A stretch of 55,508 nucleotides of DNA, counting the filler, from Catajapyx aquilonaris (lineage: Eukaryota), in assembly GCA_000934665.2 (NCBI GenBank). It is 2 parts of 2 records of this genome, joined end to end, with 100 filler letters (N's around TTAATTAATTAA, not from the genome) between each part and the next. Parts side by side here need not be neighbours in the genome. Positions count along the whole stretch, not along the records: positions 1 to 27,725 come from KZ539267.1; 1 more part is not named here. One strand, given 5' to 3'. The notes below the pieces were generated by a model that was not told the DNA's origin, did no database searches, and saw only the letters and a program-made list of their open reading frames with translations. A program made the translations under genes and the position numbers. Shown one piece after another: positions 11,093-26,000 of the stretch (positions are counted from its first letter, which is position 1; each line of letters starts with the position of its first letter).

Positions 11093-14000
11093 GTGAGTAT
11101 ATACACGCAATACGACACTTCCATCACCTGTGTCCAAGAGAAGGCCAGACGTGAGCAAACCCTGATCACAAAAGGGGTTTTAGTGCCTCTCGTTCCGTTT
11201 CATACACTTTGTTTGTGTTTAACGTCACGTTACATTAATTCCACCCAGAGTGATAAGCACGGTTCAGCCTCATGTTTGGATCCAACCCAAAAAAAAATGG
11301 TCAGACAGACACACTTGAAGACGGCGGAGTCAAAGTGTGTCTAGTCTCATCTCCTAATTGACTACCCGTGTCATTCCAAACCCCAACATCTTCACTCTGT
11401 GGGGTGGGCTTTGGGAGAGAGAAAAAAAAACTCATAAATGCGACGTGACTAGAAAATTCTATACATATGTGCGGCTTTGAATTCTTTGGCCTTTTCACAC
11501 TTTACATCAACGGGCACTGCCTTGTAAGGCTCGAGTAATTCCTGCGGTAATCTATAGCTAGCAAGGGTTTCCACTTTGCTGCCCGTTACTGTGGTGGGCG
11601 ATACGCTGCATTGTTGCACTTCGACAAGAGTATATATACACCGGGAGTAAAATAAACTTCCCAAAGGTGTACAGCAACATACATGTGCGTATATTGCACC
11701 TACAATAATAAATTTTGCTCATTTATTGCTATTCCCATACATCAATTGCATTGTTGCACTGGGATGTAAAATAAATGCGCAAATAAATTCCAAAAGATGA
11801 GCATCGTTGCACTCGTGTTGCTCATTTTTTTTTTGCCTAAATTGTACAATATGAATGGCCAAATTGCGTCATTTGCAATTAGTCGCAAAGGCGTTGCCTG
11901 TTGACAGAAAAAAATAGGTGCGAAGTTTATTTTCATGGAAACCACGCCTTCATGTACCGAGAAATATTAGCACCTTATCGTGACTTTTTTTGCACCAACT
12001 TTTCGAAGAATTATTTGCGTAAAGTACGTATGGCTTACCGATTCTGTTGTACCGAATCTTTTTTTGGCGAACGGGGCAGAAATATAGCCTCTTTTATTGG
12101 TCAGTAATGCAAGGAAACGATATGTACGCAACTGAATGGAATATATGTATTTTTTTTATTTTGTTCCTTTGAGTTTATGAGTCGTAAACTTAACGACGCC
12201 GTCTTAAACTTACATCATAAGACGCAACAGGGGTACACTTTTGATTTACAAGTGATTAAGCTAACACCTTCCAAAATATTTTCAACGTGGCTGCTGGAGA
12301 ACAGTTACAAGTTGCATAAACCATTAGCATCGTTTGCTAACCATAACATTGTTACTGCGGATGATGTTGGCAAATTGAGATATTAGTTTGCTATAGAATT
12401 ACATCGGAATCACCATGAAACACTGTTCATCTAGCATATATTTTACAATCTTCTGTATACGCTGGAAGTAAGTTCACATATGCATTGTTGCAATGTATAT
12501 GACATTACGAGGGGGGAAATACCTGCGCTGTTTTAACAACGCGAGTTTCTCAAGAAATATCAATATGTATCTAAGAGATTGTGTTTTACACTTTTACGAC
12601 CTGTTCACACGACACCAATATGAAAAGTTATTATTTTTAAAATGTAAGAATGCAGGTTTACGTCCCTATATTTGCAAAATGTGCTTTTTTTCATCTTTCA
12701 AGACTTCAGATCGCGTCACCTTTTGGCATTTTAGTACCGTGTATTTACAGTTACAATACCTCTCACACACGTAATTATGGCAGAACATATACTAAGCGAA
12801 TATTATTATCGGCCAGAAAAGTTGATAGAGAAGTCGGCCTTGCGCATATAAGGAGGATTGTTAAACTATTATTAAACCCGAAGATTTCTCGGCCATTACC
12901 CCAATAGTCGTATAGTCTCATTTTGGTTAAACTTTGTGTCGTATAGGCATGTCCAGTCCTTTAGAAAAATGTTGGAATAAACTGTGCCCCACATATTATT
13001 CAAACTTGGTTCATATCTCCAGATCTCTTCTGCTTCATAAATAATTCCGCCTGCAATGCGCAATTAATTCTTTGCAATAAGCGTCGGCCTGCGAAATAAT
13101 AGTGTTAAAGTGTGGGCGGCGCAATTGAACATTAAATTCGGACTGATATGGAATTAATTGGGGGTAAGACGTATTAACATGATAATGGAGAGAACTTGGT
13201 GATCTAGCAGGAGCTTTATGAAGAGCCAGTTATGCAAAAGCCAGTTAGTCTAGTACAAGGGCTGTGTTTGGAAGCCAGAAGGGGGTAGACGTGGTCTGCA
13301 CCAGTGATTAGTAATGTAGGCCTATCCCACTCTGCTTGTGGCAGCAGCAATGAGCACAAAAGGGTGTCTGGCCAGACACATGTTATCTCTCCAGGTGCTA
13401 TGTGACATGCAGGGTCGAGCAATTGTCGGCATATATTGAGACAACGCCCATTCATTGGTCACCAAAGCGATGATCCTTGAAGGTGTGTGCAGGTCGCGCA
13501 GGGAAATTAAATAAAAAGTATGTATGTCCTGTTGGGTGGAACTCGCGTGTCATTCCATTGGCTTATGCGCAATCACATCCGCGTTGCAGGTTACACATTC
13601 CTTCACCTTTTGCTGGTAATGTCTGTTCCCAACTGGTAGAAGCCACTGGTAACCCACACACACACACACTGAAGACATTACACGTCCGCAGCATATACAT
13701 GTCCTCAGATTATGATCTGTTTGTAGATGGGGAAGAAAGTAGCTTTGTGTTGCTCCCAAGACCGCGGCTATCGTGACTTTTTCGAGACTGATGCTTTTTG
13801 AAAGGGTCCATGGAACAAAATGGCCGCCCCATGCTGGGTGGGTTGGCACGATTTATAAAACTTTTTTTTGGATTGATAAATCGGCGAGATTTGAGCCAGA
13901 GAGAGCTAGTTCCATTCAGGGAGAGGACTGCTTTCTCTCTCTCACAGTAGAATATTCTCTCTCCAAAGCTCTTTTGTGTTGTGGAGCAAAGAGGCCCCTC

Positions 14001-17000
14001 CCCCGCCAGAAGATCAGCGGGTGTGGTACAGCATCACAACATATAACAAATGGACACAAAAATTTTTCCTCAATACTTTTTGAAGCACCCTGCAACTTCG
14101 GCGGTCGGAATGATCAAAAGGATGAGCATGTCGGAAATGAGAATTAATCCTGACTTATTGGCTTGGCCCTTATTGTCCCCGTTTTCTCTGAGCATGATTC
14201 CTCTTGCATGAATGGTCGGGGTATACATGTTTCCTCTTTTGGCTTGGTCAGACGCCGGCCCACGACCTGCACGTTTTGGACTCGTAAAATTTGCTGGATT
14301 CAAAACGACATCTTAGGGAAAAATAACCAGCCAGTATTTTCACATATGACGATACACTCTAAGAAATGTCTGGGTTAAATGTATTCATCCCGGAAAAAAG
14401 ATCACTTTTGTCATGGTTATTTAACCCGGACATTTCTTAGAGTGTATATACATTCTAAGAAATGTCCGGGTTAAATAACCAGCATGACAAAAGTGATCTT
14501 TTTAGAGTGTATAGGCTACACTCTAAGAAATGTCCGGATTAAATAACCATGACTAAGAAATGTCCGGGTTAAATAACCATGACAAAGTGATCTTTTTTCC
14601 GGGATAAATACGTTTAACCCGGACATTTCTTAGAGTGTAGGACCAGGTAGGACGATAGGAGGAAAAGATTCGATTATGCAGGAATTTGTAGTGTAAGCAG
14701 TGATCAAACCGTAATGATTACATCTCCTTCTGGCCTATGAGAAACCAGTTTGTATAAGATAGGCGGGCACTACCAGACACGAATTCAAAACACGGATTTA
14801 CTCCCCCAACAATACCCGGATTTTTCTTCACACAAAAATGGCCTCCATTGAGAAAGTCTTATAGGACCTCTTTTCAACTGGGGGCCCAACCGGTTCTTCC
14901 CCCAAAAAATCAGTGTATATATACACAAAAAAAGGGTAGGGGGGTTAGTTTCAATTACGAGGCAAAGCTGGCACTTATTCTATGTTTTATGTTAACATTT
15001 TTTTGTGTGTGTGTGTAAACCTGTGGGGTGGATTATGGTCCGTGGTTGTGAAGCCTGGTAATGAGCAAGCGGTGAGCAAATTGTATAGGAACCTGGCCAG
15101 GCCTGTTATTTGCAGACCTGTCATTTGCGTCTCAATCTATGGTTTTCCATGGCTCGCATGAGGGGGAAACCAAAGAGAAAGAAAAAAAAAACGTCCGACC
15201 CTCATACCCGGGTCATATAGAAAAACCTTTTAACATCTGGTGGCGGTGAAAGGATTTCACTTTATACCCCCGGAATAATATTGAAAACGTGGACTGAATA
15301 CAAGGCAGATTCGTCAAAACCGCAAAAGCCCCGCGGTTTGGCGTTGATTGACTTAAATTAATGAGACGAATTTGCGTGCAATATTTCTGACAGGAGATGA
15401 CACCATTTGAAATATTGAACCGCCAGTCAAAAGGTTGCATAGCATGTTTTAAAAGTCGGACAACTGCACAATTTTCGTTGAAATTTTCGAGCACCAAATT
15501 AGCGGGAAAATCGCTGTTAGTCATCTGAAACCCGGTTGCGTTTTATGACCCTCGTATATGCATAAATATAGAACCCATGGAAAATCTCATCAAAAATTGA
15601 CATCAATTTGGTTCTATTATCGTGATGGGAAAATCGAATATGCATTTTTGCTATTCTCGTCACACAATATTCCGCTGGGGACACGCGGTCAGTGTGCAAA
15701 AAAGAAAAACACGATTCGGCTGTTGTTTGCCATAGTTTTTTTGAGCAATTATGGGTCCTGTATTTTACGCAAAGTCATGCCGCATGGTGATCGGATTGGA
15801 CAAGGAACCTCGGTGTAATTGCCTCTCGCTTTGCTGGGTTTTCCCGAGATGCAATCAGACCAAGACTAGATGATGATGCATCCAGAAGATGAGCGATGCA
15901 AATTGTTAATGGGTCTCCTCCAGGGAATAAATATCGGGAAGATAACTTGCTCCTTTTGTCAGGATAGATTGACTCAGACATGTAAGGAAGAGATCCATTT
16001 TGTCTTCTGACAGATCAACACTGATGCGGAGGCTGCAATATTTGCTATAATAAGTGCGGTATGATCTGCTTGAACCCATGATGGGCTATCAACATAAGTT
16101 ACGATGATGGTCTTTAGGGGCGTGGCATCGTAGTTGCCTAAGTGTCGGACTAATAAGCTTGGCAACACAGCAATAGTGAAAAGAGTTTCTGCAAAAAATG
16201 GAGAGAGAGAGATTCCAGCATTAATTACCACCTGACACCTCCTGACGAATTTTCTCCGTGTCGCGTCCCCCCAGCGTCCAATTACCATTAAATGCTGTCC
16301 CGTAAAACGACAGTAATTTCCAGTCGAGGAAAAAGAGTTACGATGCGGACCGGACGGGAATTTTTTGATGGCCTCGCGATTGATGGAATGAGATGGAAAT
16401 TGGATCCGCGGAGACTCGTTAGCACCGTCACGCATCTCTTTTAAAAAAAGGAGGGGTCTATATCATAAAATATCGCTAGAATCACAAGATGAGACCGCGT
16501 AGGTCTTCATCACAACAATTGTGTGACGTCATCTAGACAAGAATTGGTCGCGGTCCATTCAGCAGCACAAATTGCTACTGCACCTAACCGGTTGTCCTGC
16601 CAAACTGATAGTTGGGCATCATCAGTCTGGGGGGGGGGGGGGGAGGGGAACATGCANTGGGGGGGGGGGGGGTGATGGGAACATGCAAAAAATAAAATAA
16701 AAGGTGGTTGCAGCATCCGGAATGGGTCCAGCTATCAGGCAGCTACAAGCAGGCGGGTCCCAGGTCCCAACATCCTTTTCCCAAATTCGTTCCGGCTGCC
16801 TGGCCGAATCGAATCGGGGGCGTTGCGATGGATACACCTTTCTGTCCCCCTTGATGATGAACACTTGGAGGACAATTTCGATAAGTTATTATACGGCATG
16901 GCGCGTCTGAAACATTGTTCTGAGACGTAGCCATCTCCGGATGTGATGTGTTTGACAAACAAACGTTAGAAAAGCTACTCACGTCCGGTTAGATCCCCTT

Positions 17001-20000
17001 GTTTTTCAAGGGCGGAGTGTACCGGTAGGTACATAGCACCGATGGGGGGGAAATGGCACACTTGTCACCCCTCGTGTCCTTCAGTCGCCGTGAACTGTCA
17101 CGACATCTCACGAATTAAAAGTCACCACTAAACACTATGCTGTGTGCTAACGAGCGATGTTCAACGTTGTAAAAATGAGAGCATACCCGTGTAAAGGTTG
17201 ACGACCGGCCCTAAACGTCCCCCTGGAAAAGTCATGTGCGTTTTAAACATTGAGAAGTGCACAAGTGAGATGTCAGCTACTGGACAGCAAAGAGGGCGTC
17301 TCCTTTCTTTCTTTTTTTTTCATTTCATTTTTTTTTCTCTCTTTCTATATGCATGTGTTTGTAAGGCTCCCCGTAGGGGGCAGACAGGAGCCCCTGCCAG
17401 TCAGCAGCCCATTCTGTCCATCTACTTTAGCCAAGGGAAATGACCCATCCAGTTGCAACTTCTGTGCGGTACTAATGCAAAACCAGATACAATTTTTTTT
17501 CTTCTAAAATTTTTGTTGAAGATGAGAGCTTCCAGGAAGGTTCCTCTTCCATCCGACCGTAGAGGTCTTTATTGACAACGAAGGCCTCCTGCTAGACGTG
17601 AAAACTGCTCCATGACTGACTGCCTGTCTGTCGGCCTGTCTGTCGACCTTTGACGTCCAGCAGGCGAGATGTAATGAGTACCCTGCGCACAGGTGTGTTT
17701 CCCCCCCCCCCCCCNCTTTGCTTCCATACGTATAATGGAGATGTGGGCTCTCCTCATTACATAGAAAAGGTGTTTTTCTGGCACAGTGAGGGGTGCCCTC
17801 ATTAGTTGGTTTTCTAACGTGCGGGGGAAGCTTATCATATACGTGGGTGATTGCAATTTTCTAGAAGGCGAGAGGTGGAGAAGAAGTAAAAAAAAAAAAT
17901 CAGCAATTATGTCAAGTTGGCACCACGTGGGTATAATTAGTGTGACGAGGCTGTTGAAAAACTCCGCCTCATTTGGTCACCTCCTTGCATTTATTTTACC
18001 GAGCACAACCGAAGTGCGCACCACAGTTAGCGCACCGTTGATATTTTCAGAAAGGGACGTGACGTATGTGACTTCTCAGAGAAAGCACCAATCAGAGGGA
18101 GACTCGGAAATGGATAGTTGAAGCTCATTGGGCGAGAGGTGTCTACTTATTTCCAACGCTACGCTTGGATAGGGGAAACAAAATGGCCGACGTTGTCAGC
18201 ACTAAGCTCACATTGCCTATGAGATAAAAACGTGCGAATCGTTCCATGATCATTCATGTATGTATGGTGGGGGAAGTGAAAGAAAAGAAGGATTAGTGTA
18301 AACAAAAAGGCGAGAGAGAGATTGGGGAGAGGGGTGGGGTTATCCGTAAGGGTAAGGTGGGTGTAAAAATGGTGGGAGGAGGTGGAATTTGGAAAGTTTG
18401 CCCCCCAGATGCTGCAGTCTCTAAAGCAAAAGCAAATGGGGGCCGGTTAAAAAGGCTGGGGTGCTTTTGGTTTAATGAGGCCACGGAGGTCCCGAACCAG
18501 TCTCAGAGTCAGTCCACGGTCATTTTTGCAGGGTCTCGGAAAAAGGGCAATGGGGATGATCAGCCGAGGTCACCACTCGTTTTTAAACGGATTCCATCCT
18601 ATGTATGATGATGGCGACCTGCCGGACCTGGGACTCCATTTTGCTAGAAGAAAATGCTCGTTCTGGCATGTGCTGTGCCAAATTAATTGCAGAGTGTGTA
18701 AGCAAACGTGGTTCCTATCACCTAAAGACAAATCAGTGTCATTGGAGCCGTTTCACACCCGACTGGTGGCCATGTCCTTGCTCTTTTTTTTTTTACCTAT
18801 TCTCCTTCCTCTGTGTCTGGCTGAAAGAAACACTCCGGTTCTCTTGTCTTCACCTAATCTAAGGATGTATCTTGGTGGTTAGGCCTATCAGTCAGCCCCA
18901 GCAAATGCCTCGAAATTGGACCGGACTCCCTTCCCAATATGGCCTACCTTACTCCTATTACATCACCATGGGTGGGCAGCACCCTTCGCTTTGATATGCA
19001 TGACTGGAAAAGACTAATAAAAGGAGATGGAGGCAGATTCTTTTTTTATTATTATTATACCTTCATCGAGGTCGTAAAGCCCTGTTTTTTTTTTCTTCTG
19101 GTGCCAAGAAGCAGCTTCTGACTTGCATGGTGGTTATGGTTTTATTGTGGTTGTGTGTGGGCCCCCCACTAAATCCCACGTGTGGCTTTTTGTGAATGGT
19201 TTGACCCTGATGCAATATCCATTCACCAACACTGGACACGTGCACTATAAGGCCACTTTAAGAACGCAACCGAGTGCGCAGACCAGTTCGCGCAACAATG
19301 TGCTCCCGTCAGCTGTCCGTTGATTGGCTCTGGCAACGTCGCAGAGTGTCATGCTCATCTTAGGCGCACATGCGATGCGCACTCGGTTGCGTTCTTATAT
19401 TGACCCGATCTTTCAAATTCCAAATTGCGGCATCGTGTGTGGGCATTCATGATATGAGTTTGTCCAGGTTATTGGGGCGGGGCAGAATTCTTCGTTTGAG
19501 TGGACGTCAAGGCTGTCCCATCCTGGACGGTGATGAACTGGCGTGTCCCGAGGAGGTGCGGTTGTCCACCTGTCAAAGTCCCTTTCCAGCAGGACGAGCC
19601 AGAAAAGACTGGACCTCATGTTACCTTTCACCAGACGGTAACCGTACAACAGTTCCCCAGAAGAAGAAAGAAGAAGAAAAAAATTCCGTGGCATTAATTA
19701 GCGTCTTGATTCCTTCTGGCCACTGGAGGTGGCAGCATTTCATGAGAACTCGTTTTCTTCACTAATTTTTTTTTTGTGTGTGTATGTCTTCAGTGGTGGT
19801 GGTGGTGGTGGTGGGTACACCAGGGCTTTCCTCGGCTGTAAATCAAAATAATGAATAATGGCTCTCGGTGGGAGCAGGGATGCCAATCCTGTTAAAATTC
19901 ACTCTATCTTGAGCTGGTTTGAAATTTATTGCTCGTATATTCAGACCTCTTTGTGCAGCTCGTACCATCCATCATGGGCTTATTTGCGGACGTCCAACTG

Positions 20001-23000
20001 AATAGCGGGACATGCCCAAGCACAGAAATAATGTGCGTTATTATTATTAAATATAGTATATGGAGCCCGCAATTGTCGGTTGCAATGCACACAACAAGCC
20101 GCCATTGTTGCTTTAATGAAATTTAACTAGTCCTAGTGGGAAAATATTCGACTTGGCAATGTGCATTGAATATGAAACATTGCTAATTAATTAATGAACT
20201 AATTAATAAGAATTATTCCTGAAATTCATTACTACATAGGGTACGTTCTGCCATCTTCTGAACTGAGCCACCCTGTATACAAATCGCACTTTTCCTCGTG
20301 CATGCGGATATACATATATATATATATATAATAAAAACTAGTCTTGCTAAATTGAATCTTGGTGAAGGCGAATTGTAATTGCACGCTATAAGCACCCCCC
20401 CCCCCCCTTCTTGTGCTGCCCACCCTTTTGCAATATACATAATGATATTTGAACAGTAGCACGGCATGTTAGACAAGGCTATCGCATTTATCAGGGCAGG
20501 GCTGAAATAGTCTTGACAGCAAACCTGCGCCAACTCCGATTTATATATATATATATATATTTTTCGAACCTATTTTTGCCAAATTCTGTTTTTCGCACGC
20601 ATAAAAAAGTATGGCTCGCGTTTGATCCAAGGTCTCATCCAGAATTTGGTGTTAAGGGGAAGGGAGTACGGATATACATAAAAAAAGAGAGCAATGTGTA
20701 GACAGGTGTAATTAAGTCGGGTGTGGGTCGGTTTGAGGGGGGGATCAATGGGGCCGATTACAATCCTGTTTACATAAGAGTGAGCACGGAGACTTGCGAT
20801 TCTTATCTCAAGTTGTAATCAACCATGTTTTTTTTTTTCTTGATCTGATCGGTTCCTGCTGCTGCCTGGATCAGAAACAACAACCTTTTTATCACATACC
20901 CAGCATAAATTACAAGTTGTCATATCGACTGTATGCACAGCTGAGTTTTATATAATTCATGTTCAGGTACGATAAAGTCGTGAACTAATTTTTTTTTTTT
21001 TGCAAAATTAAAAAGGACAACTGTTTACATCTCCCGAGTGTGCATGTTGCTTCTGGTTGGACGAGTCTTCTCCTCCCACACTCTTTTTTTTATTTCTCGG
21101 GATGAATCACACACAAGGCAATGCCCATTATCTTCTGACTGGGCCAGAGGACACCCGGAAGATTCTCCAAGAGCCTGTAATGTAAAACCCCATACCACAC
21201 CACCTCCTAAAGGTGGGCTGGACTCATCTTATTCGCCCCCTTCCGGTCACCTGCGCAACATTTTTTTCTTAACGCCTTATGTGTACCCCTACACTCTTCT
21301 TTTTTGTGCACACCTGTGGAAATCACATAGACCGTCATTGTCCTTAGGCAGATCATCATCATCATCGCCCACATCTGCCTACTCCCCAATTAAGGCCCCC
21401 AAAACTGATCCGTCACCAATTTGATGAAGCGCCCAAAGAAAAATATTTTCCGCCATAGAAATTTTCTAGGTGCGCGTGGGACGGTTTCGTTAATGAATTT
21501 GCTGAGAGCTAATTTACGGACCGAAAATAATTGGGAGACGCTTGATTAGTTCTTTCCACCAGCAAGTATTTGCATTTTAGAGGCATGTTTTACTGTGCAA
21601 TGTTGCATTGTTGTGGCATATCAGAGCGGAGGGAAATTATTAATAATGTGTTGGCATTCGGTCCAGATAAGGTCGTCCCATGTAACTCACTTTGTCCGAC
21701 TTAAACCTACCGAAGATTCCGCCTAATGGACGCTGAGCCCTGTAATAAATCCGCATAATGAGCTGTTTCGCCACTTTTTTTTTGTATGTGTGGTCGCGTC
21801 TCATCTGAGGCAAGAAGAATAATAATGCAGACAAACTCATTTTGTAGTTCGTCCCCACAAATTTTTTGGACGTGGGTTTGCTGCTGGGGATGGTCTATGT
21901 GGGTTTTAACATGGTGGGAAAAACACATTTCGAGGGAGTCTCCGCGGTCTTGACTTAATGTGCCTAGAAGAGAATATAACGCCAACCCACAACCAAAATG
22001 TCAATAGCCTATAATCCTGAATCTCCATGTAGGCGAAAACAGGGTGGCACATTGACCAAGTTGCTTCTGAAGACTTTTTTTTTTTTTTTGCAAAGAATGT
22101 ACCACCCTGCACATTTTTTTTGTCTGTAAAATTAACCATCGTGTTCATCACGTGGGCTTCATTTTTTTTGCCTGTTTGTCTCAGAAAGCGAGTGGTGCAA
22201 AAATTCGCGATATTTCGCGTTGGCGGTGTTGTCATATTTTTCAATGCGAAAGTTTGACAGGCGATGGTGTCTGTTGGATGTGTCTCGCCCATCAGCTGCT
22301 TCAGAGACAGGAATGTAAATGTGTTTGTTCCGAGAGGTAATTTATTGCCTGATAATTAAAACTTGTCGGAGAGATTATCATATCTGCGGTGGTAGAAGAA
22401 GAGGAGGGTTTTTCTTTTTCTTTTTTAAATTATGCGGTCTCCGCCCGTCTTTTAGCCTGTTTGCTGTTGACTGAGCAAATATCGGGGGGGCCTCAGGAGA
22501 GAGAGAAAAAAAAGGGTGTATATATATTCGACGGTGACAAGTGTCTCCTCAAAAGGGAAGTGACAGTAGGAGAATTCATTTTTGAAGCACCATATATCTT
22601 GAATCGGTGTGTTATATTGGCTAGAAGTGTGTGTGTGACTCCTTATTTGCAACAACTCGATATGGGCGGAGAAATTATTTGCACACTATATTTGCAACTG
22701 TCAACACTGAGGGTTTGAAAAATTTGCATTCAATGCTTGCAGTGTTTTTCTCTCCAAGTATTAGCTGGTTTTTCAACGTCACGTGAAATTGACAATAATT
22801 GCGATGGTAAATACAGCCTACGACATTTCCATCGTCTCCTGTGCCACTTTGTATTATCTTACCCTTGAAAATGAGTACCTGTGAGATAGTTTCCACCCCC
22901 ATTCCTATATACGTCTGATAGCACGTTATAGGCGTTACCAACACCTGTTCCAACAAACTGAGAAACTCACTGCCGTTTCGTGATGGGTGGGAGGAGGAGG

Positions 23001-26000
23001 AAAAGAGAATGGTAATCGACAACCCTCCCCATCACATCTCTCTGCCCTCCTCAATCCCCCCCATCATCGCAGCATCCTTTCCTTATCCCACTCGTGCTGA
23101 CTGGAGATCTGACCTCTAGAGGTCAGCTCCAACCTCCTCAGCGCCGTGCCTTCTCACCCATGGGCAGCTTCCGACCAATCAGGTTTAGGAAACACACTCT
23201 TGACCTTACCCAACAAACTGATCGACCCCCTGAGGATCCAGCATTGAACCACAAAATGTTGGAGGTCAATTCCAGCATTGAAGTCACTCGGATTATTTTT
23301 TGCGTGATTGCATTGCTTGTAGAGAGTGGGTAGGATTTGCTTCTGGTGGGGCAGGGTTGTCCTCCCACCTTTTTCTTTTTTGTTGTTGTTGAGCCAAAGA
23401 GAGCCAACCAAGCAAAAGCAGAGACATAAACTTACCTCCCCGTCCGATTTGTCAGAAATTACGCCTGCGTGATCTGGGTGGATAATAATCCTTCCCCATT
23501 CGGCGAAACCCGGTTTCTTCTATAGAGAAAAAAAAGAACTCTGGGGGAGCTCCATCCGAAAAGAAGAGATTTATGCTCCTGATGAGATGCGGAATAGAGA
23601 TGCAGGATTCATATTCGGAGCGATTAGCAATACGCGGCAAAAGACCCCACCGGGCGTGGGCATAAATCATTTTGTTGCTTGGACCTCTTTTCTTTCTTTT
23701 CTTCGCAACCCTGTACAGTTGGGGCAGGGATTCTCATATATTTATGGGCTGTCATACGGTGAGTTTAGCGTCGCCGGCGCATGTTAGGTACGGTCCTGCC
23801 CTCCGGACGTGAATACTTATCATCGAGTCATACTCGAGGGGACGGACATTATGCGGTGTGAATTGCAAATTATTCGTAATGGAATGGTGCTTCGGATAAG
23901 TGAAAGGGAAAAAACTAGATGTCCCGAATATATTTATGGCCCACAGTGCACCTCGTGATGATCCCGGCAGAATGTGTGATGAAACCTGAAACACCTGAGC
24001 GAAGCGAGTGGTTTCTCTATAACCGCAGGCGTAGAAAATGTGAGCGAATCGAGGGTTTTTTAAAGTCTATAATCGTTCGTTGCATGACCGAGGATTCTGA
24101 TTGGCTCGCTGTACGACGCATCCTATTGGCCCCCGTAACGGGGGCATTGCGCAGGCGCAGAACGGGGGCCCCGTTCTGCGCCTGCGCAATGGAGAAGGCG
24201 GCGCCTCTGGTCATCCCTTCTGATTGGTCAGGCTCATATTGTTACCCCGACGCTTCTGATTGGCCCCTGTTCTGCGCCTGCGCAATGGGTAAGGCGGCGC
24301 CTCTGGTTATCCCTTCTGATTGGTCAGCCTCATATTGTTACCCCGACGCTTCTGATTGGCCCCCGTTTTGCGCCTACGCAATGGGGAAGGCGGCGCCTCT
24401 GGTTATCCCTTCTGATTGGTCCGCCTCATATTGTTACCACGACGCTTCCGATTGGCCCCCGTTCTCCGCATGCGCAATGGGGGTGGAGGCAGCGCCTCTG
24501 GTGGGTGGGAGGAGGAACCATCCGTTCGATCGCTGTCGGCCGGAGGGTCTACCGTCTACATCTACAGTCTACCCTCAGTGAGCGAAGCGAGGGTTTTGCT
24601 ATAGTTACCTTTTAAAGTGTACTATCCGTATATGACCGTCCAAGCAATAAATGACACGAATGGCCCAGTATAAATCCGTCGTGTTTCGCCCACGGTGTTG
24701 GCCTAATTGAAACCTCCTGAGGCTGCAATCATAGTGCGCCCAGACAGCCATAAAGAGTGGAGCTGGCAGCACTTTATGGCACGGACAACAAGTACAATAA
24801 GACATGAAAGGGGTCTGGTCTTGCTCTGTCTGTTTTCTTCTTCACACAGCAGGGGCAGGTAGCGAAGAGTGGACTCGTCAGCCAGTAAATCTGTCGCGTC
24901 TTCAAATCCAGTCGTAAATTTTACGACTCTTACTTCTCAGGTGGGGGATAGCTGCGCAAGTGTCTTTTCGGGGTGGACCCGGGGTACGGAAGCCAAGAAT
25001 TATTAGTACCTGTCGCCCCGACCTGTAGGTGTCTGTCCTTTTTTTTCTTCTTCAAATGGGAACAATTTACGGTACACTGTCCCACTGGCAGGGCTTCACC
25101 TTCTTTCCACTTAGGGAAGGTCGTCTGAATTTGAGTTTTTTTTTCTCTCGGTAAAAAGATTTGGCCTCGCAAAAATGTCTGGAAATAAATATCCCCCCAA
25201 GTAATTGCTCAATTGGCATATTATGTATTCTGTTGTCTTTGTTATATCAAACCGTTTTTTTTTATTGCCAAGGACTCCCTCGTAAAAGTGTCAGAATTTT
25301 TAAAGAGTCCATATTTTAACTTATTTACAAGCGGAGTCATTGCCTCGAAAACCGTTAGAGACATAATTGAAATTTGACGTTAAATCATGCCGATTTTCAT
25401 AGTGATGCTACTCTCTTAAAAAAATGAAGATTTCACTCAAAAAAGGGAGCTATTTTTGAGTTAATTTCCCTCGGCAAAGGCATATTTCAACTCAAATCGA
25501 GTGGAATATTACTTGAAAGTGAGTGAAATGATTACTCATTCTGAGAGAAAATCAGTCCACGAGATCGAGTGATTTGCACTCAAAAACGAGTGGGATACAA
25601 ATCAAGTGGAAGAAAGAGTGACAATCACTCAAAACGAGTGGAAAAATACTCATATCTTAACCCCCCCAAATCGCTCGTATTTTTGTAGGGCAGAAAGTCA
25701 CTCCCTTTTTTCACTTTTTTTGTAGTAGTGATATAAACGAGCCCATGTAATAATTTTTACACCCATTTAAAACGGATCGTTTATTTTATGCCATATTTTG
25801 TGTCCTCTGTATATAACTGCTGCGATTTCCTGTAAAAGGCTCTTTCATTCACAGGCTTTCTCTCCATTACATTCTCTCCTTCGCATTCATCCTTTGGTTG
25901 TAAACAATCAAGTGTTGTGCATTCATGGCCGACCACCAGTTCATTAACTAACTCCTTCTCTCTGCTGATGCAACTTTCATTGAGTGTGCAGCTGGGACCA

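Noticed and set aside
10742..11344. 200-aa ORF over a GC-rich region
   Set aside because: Wrong frame; the credible coding segment is the 118-nt signal-peptide exon in another frame.
11609..12495. Recurring GCATTGTTGCA word
   Set aside because: Few irregularly spaced copies; probably a decayed repeat with no definable boundaries.
15206..15556. Possible mariner-like TIR pair (TACCCGGGTCATA / TATGACCCTCGTA)
   Set aside because: The match is short and degenerate and there is no transposase remnant.
24169..24500. Repeat array as a possible CRISPR
   Set aside because: Units are contiguous with no unique spacers, there are no cas genes, and the context is eukaryotic.
23919..24581. 220-aa ORF with 32-aa Cys/Trp repeats
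   Set aside because: It is the translation of a 96-bp tandem repeat inside a transposon-like element; no splice or domain support.
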